From the sequence record LT603033.1: a DNA stretch of 64,000 nt. One strand, given 5' to 3'. Made by a program: the position numbers and the translations under genes. The notes under the pieces are model-generated. The model was not told where the DNA came from, ran no database searches, and was given only the letters and a program-made list of their open reading frames with translations. Shown here in pieces: positions 53,225-63,025 of the stretch. Within the stretch, counting starts at the first letter, position 1. Each line of letters starts with the position of its first letter.

Positions 53225-54039
53225 GAATTTTAAATATGCTTAAATCTCTTCACGAAACAACCAAATTACATCAGGATGAAAAGTATCGTCGCAGCCTTAC
53301 TAAAGATTTAGCATGTCGTATGTATATGCGTAGATTTGAAATTTCAAGAATTGGTAAAGGCTGGGATGATGTAAATCGTGAAGACATTGATCCAGATGCA
53401 ATTTTTAAAGCATACATGGCTAGAAAAGTTTTCATAAATGAAAAAACTTTTTATATTGATAGTGATAGAGAATTAGAAAATAAATTTACAAAAGGTTTAT
53501 GGAAGATATGGTGTGTTGAAGTATTCGGTGAAGTATTACCTGAGCCACCTGTTCCAGAAACTTATAAAGATTTAAAAAGTATTTTTGATAATGAACATAT
53601 ACATTCAAATTTCTCATTATATGATACTGTGTCAGAAGCTGTATTTTATGGTGAGTTACATGGTCATAACAAATACTTTGATAGTATGGTTAGTTTTGAT
53701 TTGTTTTGTCACTTGCCTGGTGTATCAAGTTGGACATGTGACCAACACAGAGCAAGTAAGATTGATAAGCGAAAATTCTCGGCCCAAAGATTTATGCAAG
53801 TTGCTATGAGTATGTATAAACTTGATTATCTTGGTTGTCCAGAACCATATAAACATTTTTGGAAAGAAAGAGCACAAAAATGTTTAAACTATTGTATAAT
53901 CCGTTTAATGGACACATACATTCTTAAGTTTAGAAATGCAACTGTATACGACATGCCTGAACCACCAAAGAATGAAAAATATCCACCTGTCAAGACATTT
54001 GTATGGTACAAGGATAAAAGTAACAAAAGGATGCACTAA
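53221..54039 (+). CDS. Hypothetical protein
   Basis: 272-aa ORF, followed by a terminator at about 54025-54060. Confidence 0.7.
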   Translation: MRILNMLKSLHETTKLHQDEKYRRSLTKDLACRMYMRRFEISRIGKGWDDVNREDIDPDAIFKAYMARKVFINEKTFYIDSDRELENKFTKGLWKIWCVEVFGEVLPEPPVPETYKDLKSIFDNEHIHSNFSLYDTVSEAVFYGELHGHNKYFDSMVSFDLFCHLPGVSSWTCDQHRASKIDKRKFSAQRFMQVAMSMYKLDYLGCPEPYKHFWKERAQKCLNYCIIRLMDTYILKFRNATVYDMPEPPKNEKYPPVKTFVWYKDKSNKRMH

Positions 54040-54065
54040 GGTGCGTCCTTTTTTCTTTTCAGGTG

Positions 54066-54094
54066 TTGACATGTGTAGTCGAAGTATGTACAAT
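54066..54094 (+). promoter_or_regulatory. Sigma70-type (early) promoter
   Basis: TTGACA-17-TACAAT. Confidence 0.75.
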
Positions 54095-54135
54095 ATCACC
54101 ATAGCGTAAATTTTAATTGATTATGAGGTTTTATA

Positions 54136-55263
54136 ATGAAAGGTAAATATTTTTTCATTGAAAATGGCAAAGAAGTTGAGATTCAAGAATTTAACTATAA
54201 TTATGTACTGAACTCTTTATTGAAACAATATGACCGTTCATCAAACAAAAAATACATTTACAATGTAATTGTACGTCGCACCTATGACTCGCTGGGTAAT
54301 CCGTTATTTGATGTAAAAACTCTGTCATTAGATGAAATCTATTTTGATAATAAACGTCTGAAAGTTCTTGATTTAATGAAGGATAAAATTCATTTTAGTA
54401 ATATTAGAATTGATCCTAACATGCCAGTACCGCCATTAGAGCGTGAATATCGTGAATGGAAAGAAGGTCGTGCCAAACCACGTTTAGACTTGGTACAAAC
54501 ATCACCAGATGTACCTGCACCTATTGTTCTTAAGAAAAAACCTATCAACCCAGACGATAGCAGAATTGATGACATTGAAAGATGGGTTGAATTCCCTAGT
54601 ACTATTGAAAAGAATTCAGTAAAAGTACTAGACTGGTTTGTAAACTTACCAGTTTGTGCACAAGAAATTGGAACTAAGATTCAACAAATTTCAGAACGTC
54701 AATTGGATCTTAACTCAGCATTACAACAGCATAGTGATTATATTAGAATGCTTATGAATAACCTTACTGTTGCGTTGGAGACGTTGTTCCCATTGAAGCC
54801 GACCTTTACACAGAAATTGTTTGGTAAAACTGATATCAAAGTGCAACCATCAGATTTGCCAAAAGTGATGAAAGCACTAAATGAAGCAGTTAAGTATGAC
54901 ACTAATAAGTTTAGTGGTCTTAGTACGATGTTTTCAGAACTTAGAAACGAAGTTAATGAAATCAAAAATGAACTTGAATATGGTAAGTTGGGTTGTGAAT
55001 ACGCACTACGTTGTGTGGATGATGCGTTTGAATATGAATTAACATTAGAACGTATTATGAAAATGGGAATCACCACCTCCATGACTGAAACGAGCATTAT
55101 TGCAACAAGTAAGCAATATCAAGTTGATATGAATCGTATGGTAGATATTCAAACTATTACTATTCCTTTGATTATCAATCGTTTACAATCACAGACAGGT
55201 AAAGCTGTGGATGAGAGTACTGTAGAAATTATTCGTAATCTGGCATATGGTAACAAAGAGTAA
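54136..55263 (+). CDS. Hypothetical protein, C-terminal divergent TelA-like helical domain
   Basis: TQKLFGK, long amphipathic helices and ITIPL resemble the neighbouring TelA. Confidence 0.45.
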   Translation: MKGKYFFIENGKEVEIQEFNYNYVLNSLLKQYDRSSNKKYIYNVIVRRTYDSLGNPLFDVKTLSLDEIYFDNKRLKVLDLMKDKIHFSNIRIDPNMPVPPLEREYREWKEGRAKPRLDLVQTSPDVPAPIVLKKKPINPDDSRIDDIERWVEFPSTIEKNSVKVLDWFVNLPVCAQEIGTKIQQISERQLDLNSALQQHSDYIRMLMNNLTVALETLFPLKPTFTQKLFGKTDIKVQPSDLPKVMKALNEAVKYDTNKFSGLSTMFSELRNEVNEIKNELEYGKLGCEYALRCVDDAFEYELTLERIMKMGITTSMTETSIIATSKQYQVDMNRMVDIQTITIPLIINRLQSQTGKAVDESTVEIIRNLAYGNKE

Positions 55264-55271
55264 AAAAATAC

Positions 55272-55300
55272 TTGACTATCATACGTGCTGCCCGTATAAT
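55272..55300 (+). promoter_or_regulatory. Sigma70-type (early) promoter
   Basis: TTGACT-17-TATAAT. Confidence 0.75.
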
Positions 55301-55348
55301 GTTTATCACAGAGCAGCACATCATATTAAATTAAACGAGGAATACTAA

Positions 55349-56485
55349 ATGTCCGAGAAAGAAATCAATCCTAAAAAAGCATCCACCGCAGCTAAATCAG
55401 CAAAACGCACTACTAAAACTGCGTCTAAAGGTCATACAATTGATGCAAGTGATATTTTTAACCAAACTACAAAATCACTACCAGTACTGAAAGATGTTAA
55501 GGGAAATACTATGTCTCTAACAGTTCAAAACATCAATACTGTTGGTACAACTGCTGGTGCTGCTGTTGGGCGTTTGGCTGATGAAATTATGTCTAAAGTT
55601 AATGTAACGGATGACAATACCGAGTTTGGTAAATCAATCACCACAATTCTTACGTTGACTCGTGCAGTTGATATTGACAGTCTTCAAGAAGATAAATCAA
55701 TTGTTGGTCGTATTAAGAAATTCTTTGTTAATGCTCAACAGAAAGTAGGTGATCAGTACAAAAACAGTAAAGAGCAAATTGACGAAATTATGAAAACTCT
55801 TCAAACTGGTATTAATCGCCAGCACGGAGAATGTGAATGGCTTGATAAAGCATATAATGAAAACAAAGAATATTTGTTTGAATTACGTGATACATTAGTT
55901 GGTTTAGAAGAAGTAACTAAAACACAAGATGCATTATTATTAGAAATGCAAGCAGACAAAAATGTAGACTCTTTTGCTATTCAAGAGCAAAAGATGATTT
56001 GTGAAGCACTTTCTAAACAAGAAGATAAGATTCGTCGTCTTATCATGATGTGCGAGCTAAGTGGTCCACGTTTGATGAGTATGAAAAAAGTAAACTTGAA
56101 CACTGTTTCTAAGTTTGAAGATTTAAAATCTGTTGTTATTCCAGCATGGAAGTCTCAATTGGCTGAACAGTTAATTTCCGAGCGTCAACGTAAGGATAAT
56201 GAACTAGGCAATCTAATTGATAATGAGACAAACCGTCTTTTGGAAACTAACTCTAAAATGGTTGCAGCAAATATGTTGGACGCAGCAAAGGCAAACAACC
56301 GTGGTATTGTGGATATTAAAACCTTGCGTAATGTACATAAAACGATGATTGACAGTATTGAAGCAGTTATTGAAGAAGAGAAAAAAGGTAAATTGGAACG
56401 TGAACGTGCTAAACAGGAAATTGCACAACTTTCCTATGAACTGGAAGACACTCTTCGTGAAATTGCCGAAAAAGCTAACAAGTAA
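55349..56485 (+). CDS. telA: Toxic anion resistance protein TelA family
   Basis: GRIKKFF, Y....QID.I, VIPAWKSQL, TN.LL..NS and RG.VDI.TL. Confidence 0.85.
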   Translation: MSEKEINPKKASTAAKSAKRTTKTASKGHTIDASDIFNQTTKSLPVLKDVKGNTMSLTVQNINTVGTTAGAAVGRLADEIMSKVNVTDDNTEFGKSITTILTLTRAVDIDSLQEDKSIVGRIKKFFVNAQQKVGDQYKNSKEQIDEIMKTLQTGINRQHGECEWLDKAYNENKEYLFELRDTLVGLEEVTKTQDALLLEMQADKNVDSFAIQEQKMICEALSKQEDKIRRLIMMCELSGPRLMSMKKVNLNTVSKFEDLKSVVIPAWKSQLAEQLISERQRKDNELGNLIDNETNRLLETNSKMVAANMLDAAKANNRGIVDIKTLRNVHKTMIDSIEAVIEEEKKGKLERERAKQEIAQLSYELEDTLREIAEKANK

Positions 56486-56488
56486 TAG

Positions 56489-56517
56489 TTGACATATGAG
56501 TGCGTTTTTAATATAAT
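56489..56517 (+). promoter_or_regulatory. Sigma70-type (early) promoter
   Basis: TTGACA-17-TATAAT, overlapped by an 11-bp inverted repeat. Confidence 0.8.
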
Positions 56518-56564
56518 CTTATTGAAAACGCACTCTTTTTAATGTACAGATAAGGAACTAACTT

Positions 56565-57254
56565 ATGAAACGTCGTCATATTAGTGTTGATATTGAAGCT
56601 CTTGGAACACCTGAACTTTCCGGTTATGATATTATTATCCCAAATTACGCAGCAGTAGTAGTTCCAAGTAAACCTGAAAATGACATTCGTCAGTTCTTAT
56701 ATATTAAATTACCATACCAGGATCAAGTTGCTGCTGGTTTAAAATCAGACGCAGGTGCAATGGATTTTTGGATGAATACATGTCAGAAAGAATACCCTAA
56801 TGCATATTCTGAAGTTGCCAGTACTATGAAACTCAAAGCACCTGAACTGTATGGACCGAATGGTCAATCACGACGATTTTTTGCATACAGTAGTATTGTT
56901 GATTTCTGGAAAGAATTACGTTACAATGATTATGGTGAAGAAGTTCCTCATTCAGTCTGGGGCAACGGATGTAACTTCGATTGTAGTATTTTACAAGCAA
57001 ACCATTTAAAACTAATGAACGCTGGTGAGTTGTGGAAGTATGATGCACCTGAAAATGCACGCACATTGAAACGTTTATTGAATGAAGAAGCTCGTATTGA
57101 AATGGATGAAATCGTTTCGGTACAGTTGGGTAAATTTATCACATATGCAAATACGTGTGGGATTAATGGGTTGGAGTTACATCACCCACTGTTTGATGCA
57201 GCACGTGAAGCAATCCAGATTTCATTCTGTCTAAACAAGCTTAAAATGGATTAA
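56565..57254 (+). CDS. DEDDh 3'-5' exonuclease (DexA/RNase AS-like)
   Basis: VDIEALG, WGNGCNFDCSIL, NARTL and HHPLFDA. Confidence 0.85.
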   Translation: MKRRHISVDIEALGTPELSGYDIIIPNYAAVVVPSKPENDIRQFLYIKLPYQDQVAAGLKSDAGAMDFWMNTCQKEYPNAYSEVASTMKLKAPELYGPNGQSRRFFAYSSIVDFWKELRYNDYGEEVPHSVWGNGCNFDCSILQANHLKLMNAGELWKYDAPENARTLKRLLNEEARIEMDEIVSVQLGKFITYANTCGINGLELHHPLFDAAREAIQISFCLNKLKMD

Positions 57255-57257
57255 TAC

Positions 57258-58352
57258 ATGAATTTCATTATTCTGTTAATACCTGCTCTTATCGTTGTAT
57301 TCGTTATGAAATACATGTACGATAAGCATATCAGTACTAAAGAACTATTGATTCATATTGGTTGTTGTCTGGTTGGTGCGGCTCTTGTTCTTGGTATTTC
57401 ATACGCAATCAACTATAGCCAGCTTTATGATGTTGAGATTCTGAATGGTCAAGTAACTTCAAAATACAGCCACAAAGAATATTGCACACAATCTAGTTCA
57501 TGTAAGCACTATACATGGCATGAGAAGTGCCATACGCGATATGATAGTAAAGGTAAATCACATCGTGAGTGTGAATCATATAAGGTTTTTGATTACTCAT
57601 ATGAAGTTGATTGGTATGTGAAAAGTACAGTAGGTGAGTTTGAGATTGAACGTGTGAACCGTCAAGGTACAATGACACCACCACGTTGGCAGCAAGTTAT
57701 GATTGGTGACTATGCCGCCGCAGAGAGTTCATATATCAACTATCTATTTGCTGATAAGAACTCATTGTTTAGTCCTGAAGAACTACACAACATGTATGAT
57801 GAAAAGTATCTTAGTACTATTCCAGAATACCCAAGTGTAGTTGATTATTACAAAACACATCACGTAATTAACACTACAAATTACAACGTTGATGGTTACG
57901 ATGAATACCTTCGTAATGAGCTAAAAACGATGGGTGCACGAAAGCAGGTAAACATCCAAGTACTAGTTTATGATTACAAAGATGTGGATTTTGTTGATGC
58001 TACCCTTGCATCGTGGCGTGGTGGTAAGAAGAATGATGTTATTATGTTCTTTGGTATTGACAATGATGGTAACGTTGTCAAATTTTACAGTACATCATTT
58101 GCACAAGGAATGAAGAATGAAGAGTTACATGCAAAGATGCGTATTGATGCATTAAATGAAAAATTAACTCTTGACTTACTAGTTAAAGAAGTACATAATA
58201 TTGACAAACATTTTGAGAGACTCTCTAATAAAGAGTTTGAGTACTTGTCGGTAAAAATGGAACCTAGAAAAGATGTTCTTATCGGTGCTTCCATTGTGTT
58301 GTTGATTCTGTCTATTTTCATTGGCCTTTATATGAGGGATAACGATTTATGA
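57258..58352 (+). CDS. Membrane protein with large extracytoplasmic domain
   Basis: Two N-terminal and one C-terminal TM helices; Cys-rich loop. Confidence 0.75.
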   Translation: MNFIILLIPALIVVFVMKYMYDKHISTKELLIHIGCCLVGAALVLGISYAINYSQLYDVEILNGQVTSKYSHKEYCTQSSSCKHYTWHEKCHTRYDSKGKSHRECESYKVFDYSYEVDWYVKSTVGEFEIERVNRQGTMTPPRWQQVMIGDYAAAESSYINYLFADKNSLFSPEELHNMYDEKYLSTIPEYPSVVDYYKTHHVINTTNYNVDGYDEYLRNELKTMGARKQVNIQVLVYDYKDVDFVDATLASWRGGKKNDVIMFFGIDNDGNVVKFYSTSFAQGMKNEELHAKMRIDALNEKLTLDLLVKEVHNIDKHFERLSNKEFEYLSVKMEPRKDVLIGASIVLLILSIFIGLYMRDNDL

Positions 58353-58903
58353 ATGGTAAACTCCTTGCGTTAATTGGTATTTTGGTAGTTATCGTACTAA
58401 TGGTGTTTGGTTCTATTAGTATGTATGTTGGTGCACATGATCGTGCAGTTGAGTTTGAAGGAAACATTAAAAAGTATTATGATGCATCTGAAAGTCAACT
58501 TAGCAATTATACTCTTACTATTCAAGATAAGGTTCAAGTAGCAGATAAGTACAAAAATGCGTTGAAAGAAACGATTGAGTCATACTTTAAAGGGCGTGAA
58601 GGTGTTGACCAGAAGTTTGTAATGTCACAGATTCAACAACAGGTTCCAAATCTTGATCCTAAAATTTATCAGGAATTGATGGTGACAATTGAAGCAGGAC
58701 GTACAAAGTTCAACAATCTTCAGAAAATGAAAATTGACCAGTGTACTGATTATGCTAAGTTCCGCAAAGGCTTCTGGAATTCCAAAATTCTTGATTCGAA
58801 TACGTTTCCAAGTGAAAATATTGAACACCTTTGTACAGTAGTATCTGATACACGTACCAAGAAAGCAATGGATACTGGTATTCAAGAATCAATTAAACTA
58901 TAA
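58349..58903 (+). CDS. Membrane-anchored LemA-like protein
   Basis: N-terminal TM then coiled coil; IEAGRTKF. Confidence 0.55.
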   Translation: MNGKLLALIGILVVIVLMVFGSISMYVGAHDRAVEFEGNIKKYYDASESQLSNYTLTIQDKVQVADKYKNALKETIESYFKGREGVDQKFVMSQIQQQVPNLDPKIYQELMVTIEAGRTKFNNLQKMKIDQCTDYAKFRKGFWNSKILDSNTFPSENIEHLCTVVSDTRTKKAMDTGIQESIKL

Positions 58904-58938
58904 TTAAATGTTGGGAGTACTTTGTACTCCCCTTTTCT

Positions 58939-59538
58939 ATGGGGTGTACTATGTTTTTAAAAAATACTTATGAATTAATTAAAATGCTTCAAAATATGAA
59001 TTCCGGTGGCTTGTTTCCCTATTACTCTGAGGATGAAACTCATCGTTTAGTCCTTAAATTGGATGAAACTGGACGTATTATATCACTAAGAACAACAGTC
59101 CCCAGTGTAGAACCAGTAATTACCAAATCAACTCAAAATTCAGGAACTGCTGTTAAAACACCACAAACATACAACTCTAATTACCAACAACCACAAATGT
59201 ACACGATTTGCACTCCACCTATTAAACGAGTTGCTTGTATTGTGAATATAAAAGTATCTAAGGACTATCGCGACTTAATATCAGTTGAATGGTCAGAACT
59301 AACATCATCATTAGCAACAAATGGATTTGTAGTAACAAATACAGGTCTAGCACAAAATGTGAAAGAAGGACAACAGATCATGAGTGCATTGTATCTTAGT
59401 AATGGTTGTGTTATCATCAATGGTAAGTTGTATAGCGATGCCGACCCCACTGCATTCACTGAAGATTTGATTGGTGATAAAGAATACAGCATTCTAGAAA
59501 TTATGAATTTGAAAAAGGTATATGAAAACCATGACTAG
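58939..59538 (+). CDS. Hypothetical protein
   Basis: ORF in early region. Confidence 0.6.
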   Translation: MGCTMFLKNTYELIKMLQNMNSGGLFPYYSEDETHRLVLKLDETGRIISLRTTVPSVEPVITKSTQNSGTAVKTPQTYNSNYQQPQMYTICTPPIKRVACIVNIKVSKDYRDLISVEWSELTSSLATNGFVVTNTGLAQNVKEGQQIMSALYLSNGCVIINGKLYSDADPTAFTEDLIGDKEYSILEIMNLKKVYENHD

Positions 59539-60103
59539 ATTTCATCAGGATGATTTGCCATTTATCCAAGAACTAGAAGAACTGGTGATAAGTATTATGG
59601 ATGAAATTAGTACTTGGGATATAACAGTTTTTCGAAATGTATATGATAAAGTTGTGAATTTTAAAAATGTTAATATTGAAGTAAAACATAATAATTTTTA
59701 CTTAACAAAACAATTCATTCTAACTCGACCAGGATCAAAGCCAGTTAAACGTAATTTATCATTCGGACACCTGATTGGTGCAGAAAATGTACATGATGAA
59801 TGGGTTGATTCAATCTATTCGTATACAAAAGAACTTATTCCTGATATTGAGAAAAAATATTATCTTAGTATCACATTAGATGAACAAGGAAAACTAAATG
59901 CGTATTCCATAAATTCATCAGCACACTTTCCATTACATTCAACGTCAATTGGTGATAAACAATTACTAATCGATTCATCAACATGGCACAATAGGGAAAG
60001 TTTCTCCGCTGAAACTTTTCAGTACTCGGTATCTGAACCAAAGTCTCCATTTGATTTTGTGTTTGTTAATAACATCCTTTTACGTTTTGGTGTAGGAGTC
60101 TAA
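59522..60103 (+). CDS. Hypothetical protein
   Basis: ORF in early region. Confidence 0.6.
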   Translation: MKTMTRFHQDDLPFIQELEELVISIMDEISTWDITVFRNVYDKVVNFKNVNIEVKHNNFYLTKQFILTRPGSKPVKRNLSFGHLIGAENVHDEWVDSIYSYTKELIPDIEKKYYLSITLDEQGKLNAYSINSSAHFPLHSTSIGDKQLLIDSSTWHNRESFSAETFQYSVSEPKSPFDFVFVNNILLRFGVGV

Positions 60104-60105
60104 TT

Positions 60106-60459
60106 ATGCTAATTTATTTGAGTGTTCTTGTTATTTCATTACTGGTATCATTAGCAGTACTGAAAGCTGTTGCCATCGGTCGTAGTAAAATTGACAGTAC
60201 TGAAACGAGTTCCGTTCTAGATTTGATTATGGATCATCCTAAAGTCTGTGGTATTATTGTATTGTTTGTTATTCTGATTAATACGTATATTGTCAGGGAT
60301 CATTTATATAATATGTATGATTGTAGTGTTAGATCTATATCACAAGGTGTTGAAACTGACTATAGCTGGTACTATGAGAAATGTAGATTTAAAAATCAGC
60401 ATGGTATTTGGGTTGATTTTGACAAACTACGTGGAACTCCTTCAGGAGAAGAAGAATAA
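60106..60459 (+). CDS. Membrane protein
   Basis: Two TM segments; C-terminal C...C motif. Confidence 0.65.
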   Translation: MLIYLSVLVISLLVSLAVLKAVAIGRSKIDSTETSSVLDLIMDHPKVCGIIVLFVILINTYIVRDHLYNMYDCSVRSISQGVETDYSWYYEKCRFKNQHGIWVDFDKLRGTPSGEEE

Positions 60460-60461
60460 TT

Positions 60462-60953
60462 ATGTTTGAGTTCCCAGAAGAGTCATTTGACTTTATTGAC
60501 CCTACTGATGATGGATACCGACACATTAACATTTATAGTAAAGCTAGAACTAAGTTAGGTAGAGATCTATCTAACTTTTCTTCACATAGCTTCACACTTG
60601 AACCATATGGTTGGTTCCCTTCAGTTGAAACATTTTACTTTTGGTTTTTAACTGGGCAAAAACATGATGACCTTAGAAAAGTATCTGGTGCAGCAGCAAA
60701 AGCAGCCGCTAACAAATATATGCATGATCGAATTGAAATGACGGATGATTGTATTTCTATTATTCAAGATGCTATTTGTGCTAAGATAATTCAAAATCCA
60801 GAGTTAGCCGAAAGATTAAGAAAAAGCAAGTTACCTTTTTACCATTACTATGTATATGGTGGTAAAGTTGTAGATGTATCCGACGAACATGATTGGTTTG
60901 TTAAAACATTCGAATATATAAGAACGGTGTTAAAGGAAAACTATAATGGGTAA
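60462..60953 (+). CDS. NADAR (YbiA/T4 gp30.3-like) fold protein
   Basis: LSNFS..SF, FPSVETFY and AKIIQNPELAERL match NADAR SNF, PTSEHY and AKF.Q.PEL...L. Confidence 0.55.
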   Translation: MFEFPEESFDFIDPTDDGYRHINIYSKARTKLGRDLSNFSSHSFTLEPYGWFPSVETFYFWFLTGQKHDDLRKVSGAAAKAAANKYMHDRIEMTDDCISIIQDAICAKIIQNPELAERLRKSKLPFYHYYVYGGKVVDVSDEHDWFVKTFEYIRTVLKENYNG

Positions 60954-61224
60954 ATGTTGGGTATGCTTCAAGGTGTTTGATGAAGAATATGAAATAATAT
61001 TAGATGTATTGCCACAGCAGTACATGGTGTGTAATGAAAAATACAAATTGGACACCTACCCGACCCCCAAGTACATGGGAATATGTCCTTTGTGTGATGC
61101 AAATGGCGTGTCCAATAGTGAGATTTCATTCACTAACCAAGCCACAACTAACTGTGTATCTGGGTATATAAGAGAGAATCGAGAATATTTTATTAGGAGA
61201 TTATATGAACGACAAAATCTTTGA
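60946..61224 (+). CDS. Hypothetical protein (CxxC motifs)
   Basis: CWVC and CPLC. Confidence 0.55.
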   Translation: MGKCWVCFKVFDEEYEIILDVLPQQYMVCNEKYKLDTYPTPKYMGICPLCDANGVSNSEISFTNQATTNCVSGYIRENREYFIRRLYERQNL

Positions 61225-61435
61225 TACATATGACATCGATACTTTACTAACACCATCTGATAACAGTACTGTTAAAATGGACATGTACTGGATTGTCGTT
61301 GATAAAAAAGTATTTAGACATAAAATTACTAAAGTTTGGCAATGTAATAAAAACAAATCTATTGTTGAAGGATTGGCACAATGCATTCCTAATGCAGAGG
61401 TTTTATTTTTACCATATGCATATACAAAGGAATAA
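61205..61435 (+). CDS. Hypothetical protein
   Basis: GGAG SD; 76 aa. Confidence 0.65.
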   Translation: MNDKIFDTYDIDTLLTPSDNSTVKMDMYWIVVDKKVFRHKITKVWQCNKNKSIVEGLAQCIPNAEVLFLPYAYTKE

Positions 61436-61436
61436 A

Positions 61437-61598
61437 ATGAAAAAAACTTGGAAAATATTCACAATACCTGCTATAATGTTGTTATTGGCACTTTTCACAC
61501 CGCAGAGTCATGTATTGTCTCTTAACATTGTGGAAATAATTCTTCTTGTAATTCACTGTGTCGTGTGTTATAATTATGTAAAAGGTGATAAAGAATGA
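61437..61598 (+). CDS. Small hydrophobic ORF (uncertain; overlaps promoter-like motifs)
   Basis: AAGGA SD; contains TGCTATAAT (61472) and TTGTAA-17-TATAAT (61546-61574). Confidence 0.4.
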   Translation: MKKTWKIFTIPAIMLLLALFTPQSHVLSLNIVEIILLVIHCVVCYNYVKGDKE

Positions 61599-62017
61599 AG
61601 TTCTTTAAAATTCGAATTGGTGTAAGTTCTGGTTTATCTCATTGGGTATTTTATGATTTACCTGATAGTTATACTATTGATGATGTAATTGATTTATATA
61701 CCGAAGATCAACAATGGGTGTTAGATACCGAAACACATAGAATTGATTGTCAAGAGATTAGTGAAGAAGATTACAAACACGGAAAGCAAGCCATGAAGTA
61801 TTTTGAAACAAATATCAAAATGCTGACTGAAAACGTATTTCCAGTAAAAGAATGGGCAATTTTACTTGCTAATCCTAAAAAACCTGTTAGAATTGGTTAT
61901 CCAAATTTTCATATGGTGTATCGTATGAATGATAAGCGAGAGCTTAACTATCAATACGATTACGATTCATCTAAGTTTGGAGTTCTTAAACAATTTTTAA
62001 AGGCTTATCCAGTATGA
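61595..62017 (+). CDS. Hypothetical protein
   Basis: Coupled ORF. Confidence 0.65.
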   Translation: MKFFKIRIGVSSGLSHWVFYDLPDSYTIDDVIDLYTEDQQWVLDTETHRIDCQEISEEDYKHGKQAMKYFETNIKMLTENVFPVKEWAILLANPKKPVRIGYPNFHMVYRMNDKRELNYQYDYDSSKFGVLKQFLKAYPV

Positions 62018-62349
62018 GTGAAGATAGTAAAGAGTATATTTTACGTTGTTCTTGTGGCGATAAAATGGAGCATTGCGTTCACATTGCACAATTTGACTTG
62101 ACAGAGGAATATGGAGATGATAAACTTGGTCAATGTCTGATAAGTATGCGTTTAAATCCTTTTTTAAAATGGTATAACCGTGTATGGGTTGCAGTAAAGT
62201 ATGTTTTTGGTGTAAACGACTATCAATATGTAGAAGCAACAATTGATGTTGACATTCTAAAAGAAGTTGTGTTACAATTAGAAGATACTAGAACTGATGA
62301 GGTTAAAAAAGAACAAAGAGAAAAACGTACTGATGTGAAGGTTTTATGA
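62014..62349 (+). CDS. Hypothetical protein
   Basis: YILRCSCG...H motif. Confidence 0.65.
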   Translation: MSEDSKEYILRCSCGDKMEHCVHIAQFDLTEEYGDDKLGQCLISMRLNPFLKWYNRVWVAVKYVFGVNDYQYVEATIDVDILKEVVLQLEDTRTDEVKKEQREKRTDVKVL

Positions 62350-62540
62350 GTACTGAACTTTATGAAAAAAAGTACTGTACAAATTGCTCAACTGAGTATA
62401 CAATACAAGGTATGTTGATTTGTACAATATGTCAGTCAAAGAAATCAGCAACTTTCATCGTTGATGATAGATTTGGTGATTTGAAACAGTTTAAAGCAAA
62501 CCGCAATCTTCGTATTTTTAGCAATCTAAATAAGGAATAA
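62346..62540 (+). CDS. Small zinc-ribbon protein
   Basis: CTNC...CTIC. Confidence 0.6.
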   Translation: MSTELYEKKYCTNCSTEYTIQGMLICTICQSKKSATFIVDDRFGDLKQFKANRNLRIFSNLNKE

Positions 62541-62543
62541 TAT

Positions 62544-62972
62544 ATGAATATCGAACAAACTATCCGTGAACATTCTTTCTTCGCTCCAGAAACTGGTCGT
62601 GTTATTGAGAGCGTCAAAATCGAAGAACTAATGGTCAATGTTAAATACAAAGAACCAAATGATGAGATTAGCAGTACTTTTTGTGCTCTACGTGCACCAT
62701 TCCGTAATGAAAAAGCTAAGAAACCAGCATATGTTCTTGCCATTGCACTGGGTTGTGTTGTAAAACTTGCAGTTGATGAAAATCTTCTGAATATTAAAGT
62801 TGCACCAAGCAATGACGATGAAAACATTGATTTGAACTTTGATGGTTCTCTTGATGAAGATGTATTTTTCCAACAGTCACTTGTTTACGACTTCCGTACA
62901 GTGACACATTCTCACATCAAGTTCATTAATGAAATGGTTGAGATTGTTGCTGAATACGAAGAATCTCTCTAA
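62544..62972 (+). CDS. Hypothetical protein
   Basis: AAGGA SD; terminator at 62983-63005. Confidence 0.7.
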   Translation: MNIEQTIREHSFFAPETGRVIESVKIEELMVNVKYKEPNDEISSTFCALRAPFRNEKAKKPAYVLAIALGCVVKLAVDENLLNIKVAPSNDDENIDLNFDGSLDEDVFFQQSLVYDFRTVTHSHIKFINEMVEIVAEYEESL

Positions 62973-63025
62973 GTAAATACAAAAGCCTCCATTATGGAGG
63001 CTTTTATCACATAAGGAAATGAAAT

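Noticed and set aside
61293-61436. Upstream extension of the 61293..61598 ORF
   Set aside because: Overlaps 61205..61435 out of frame; the SD supports ATG 61437 instead
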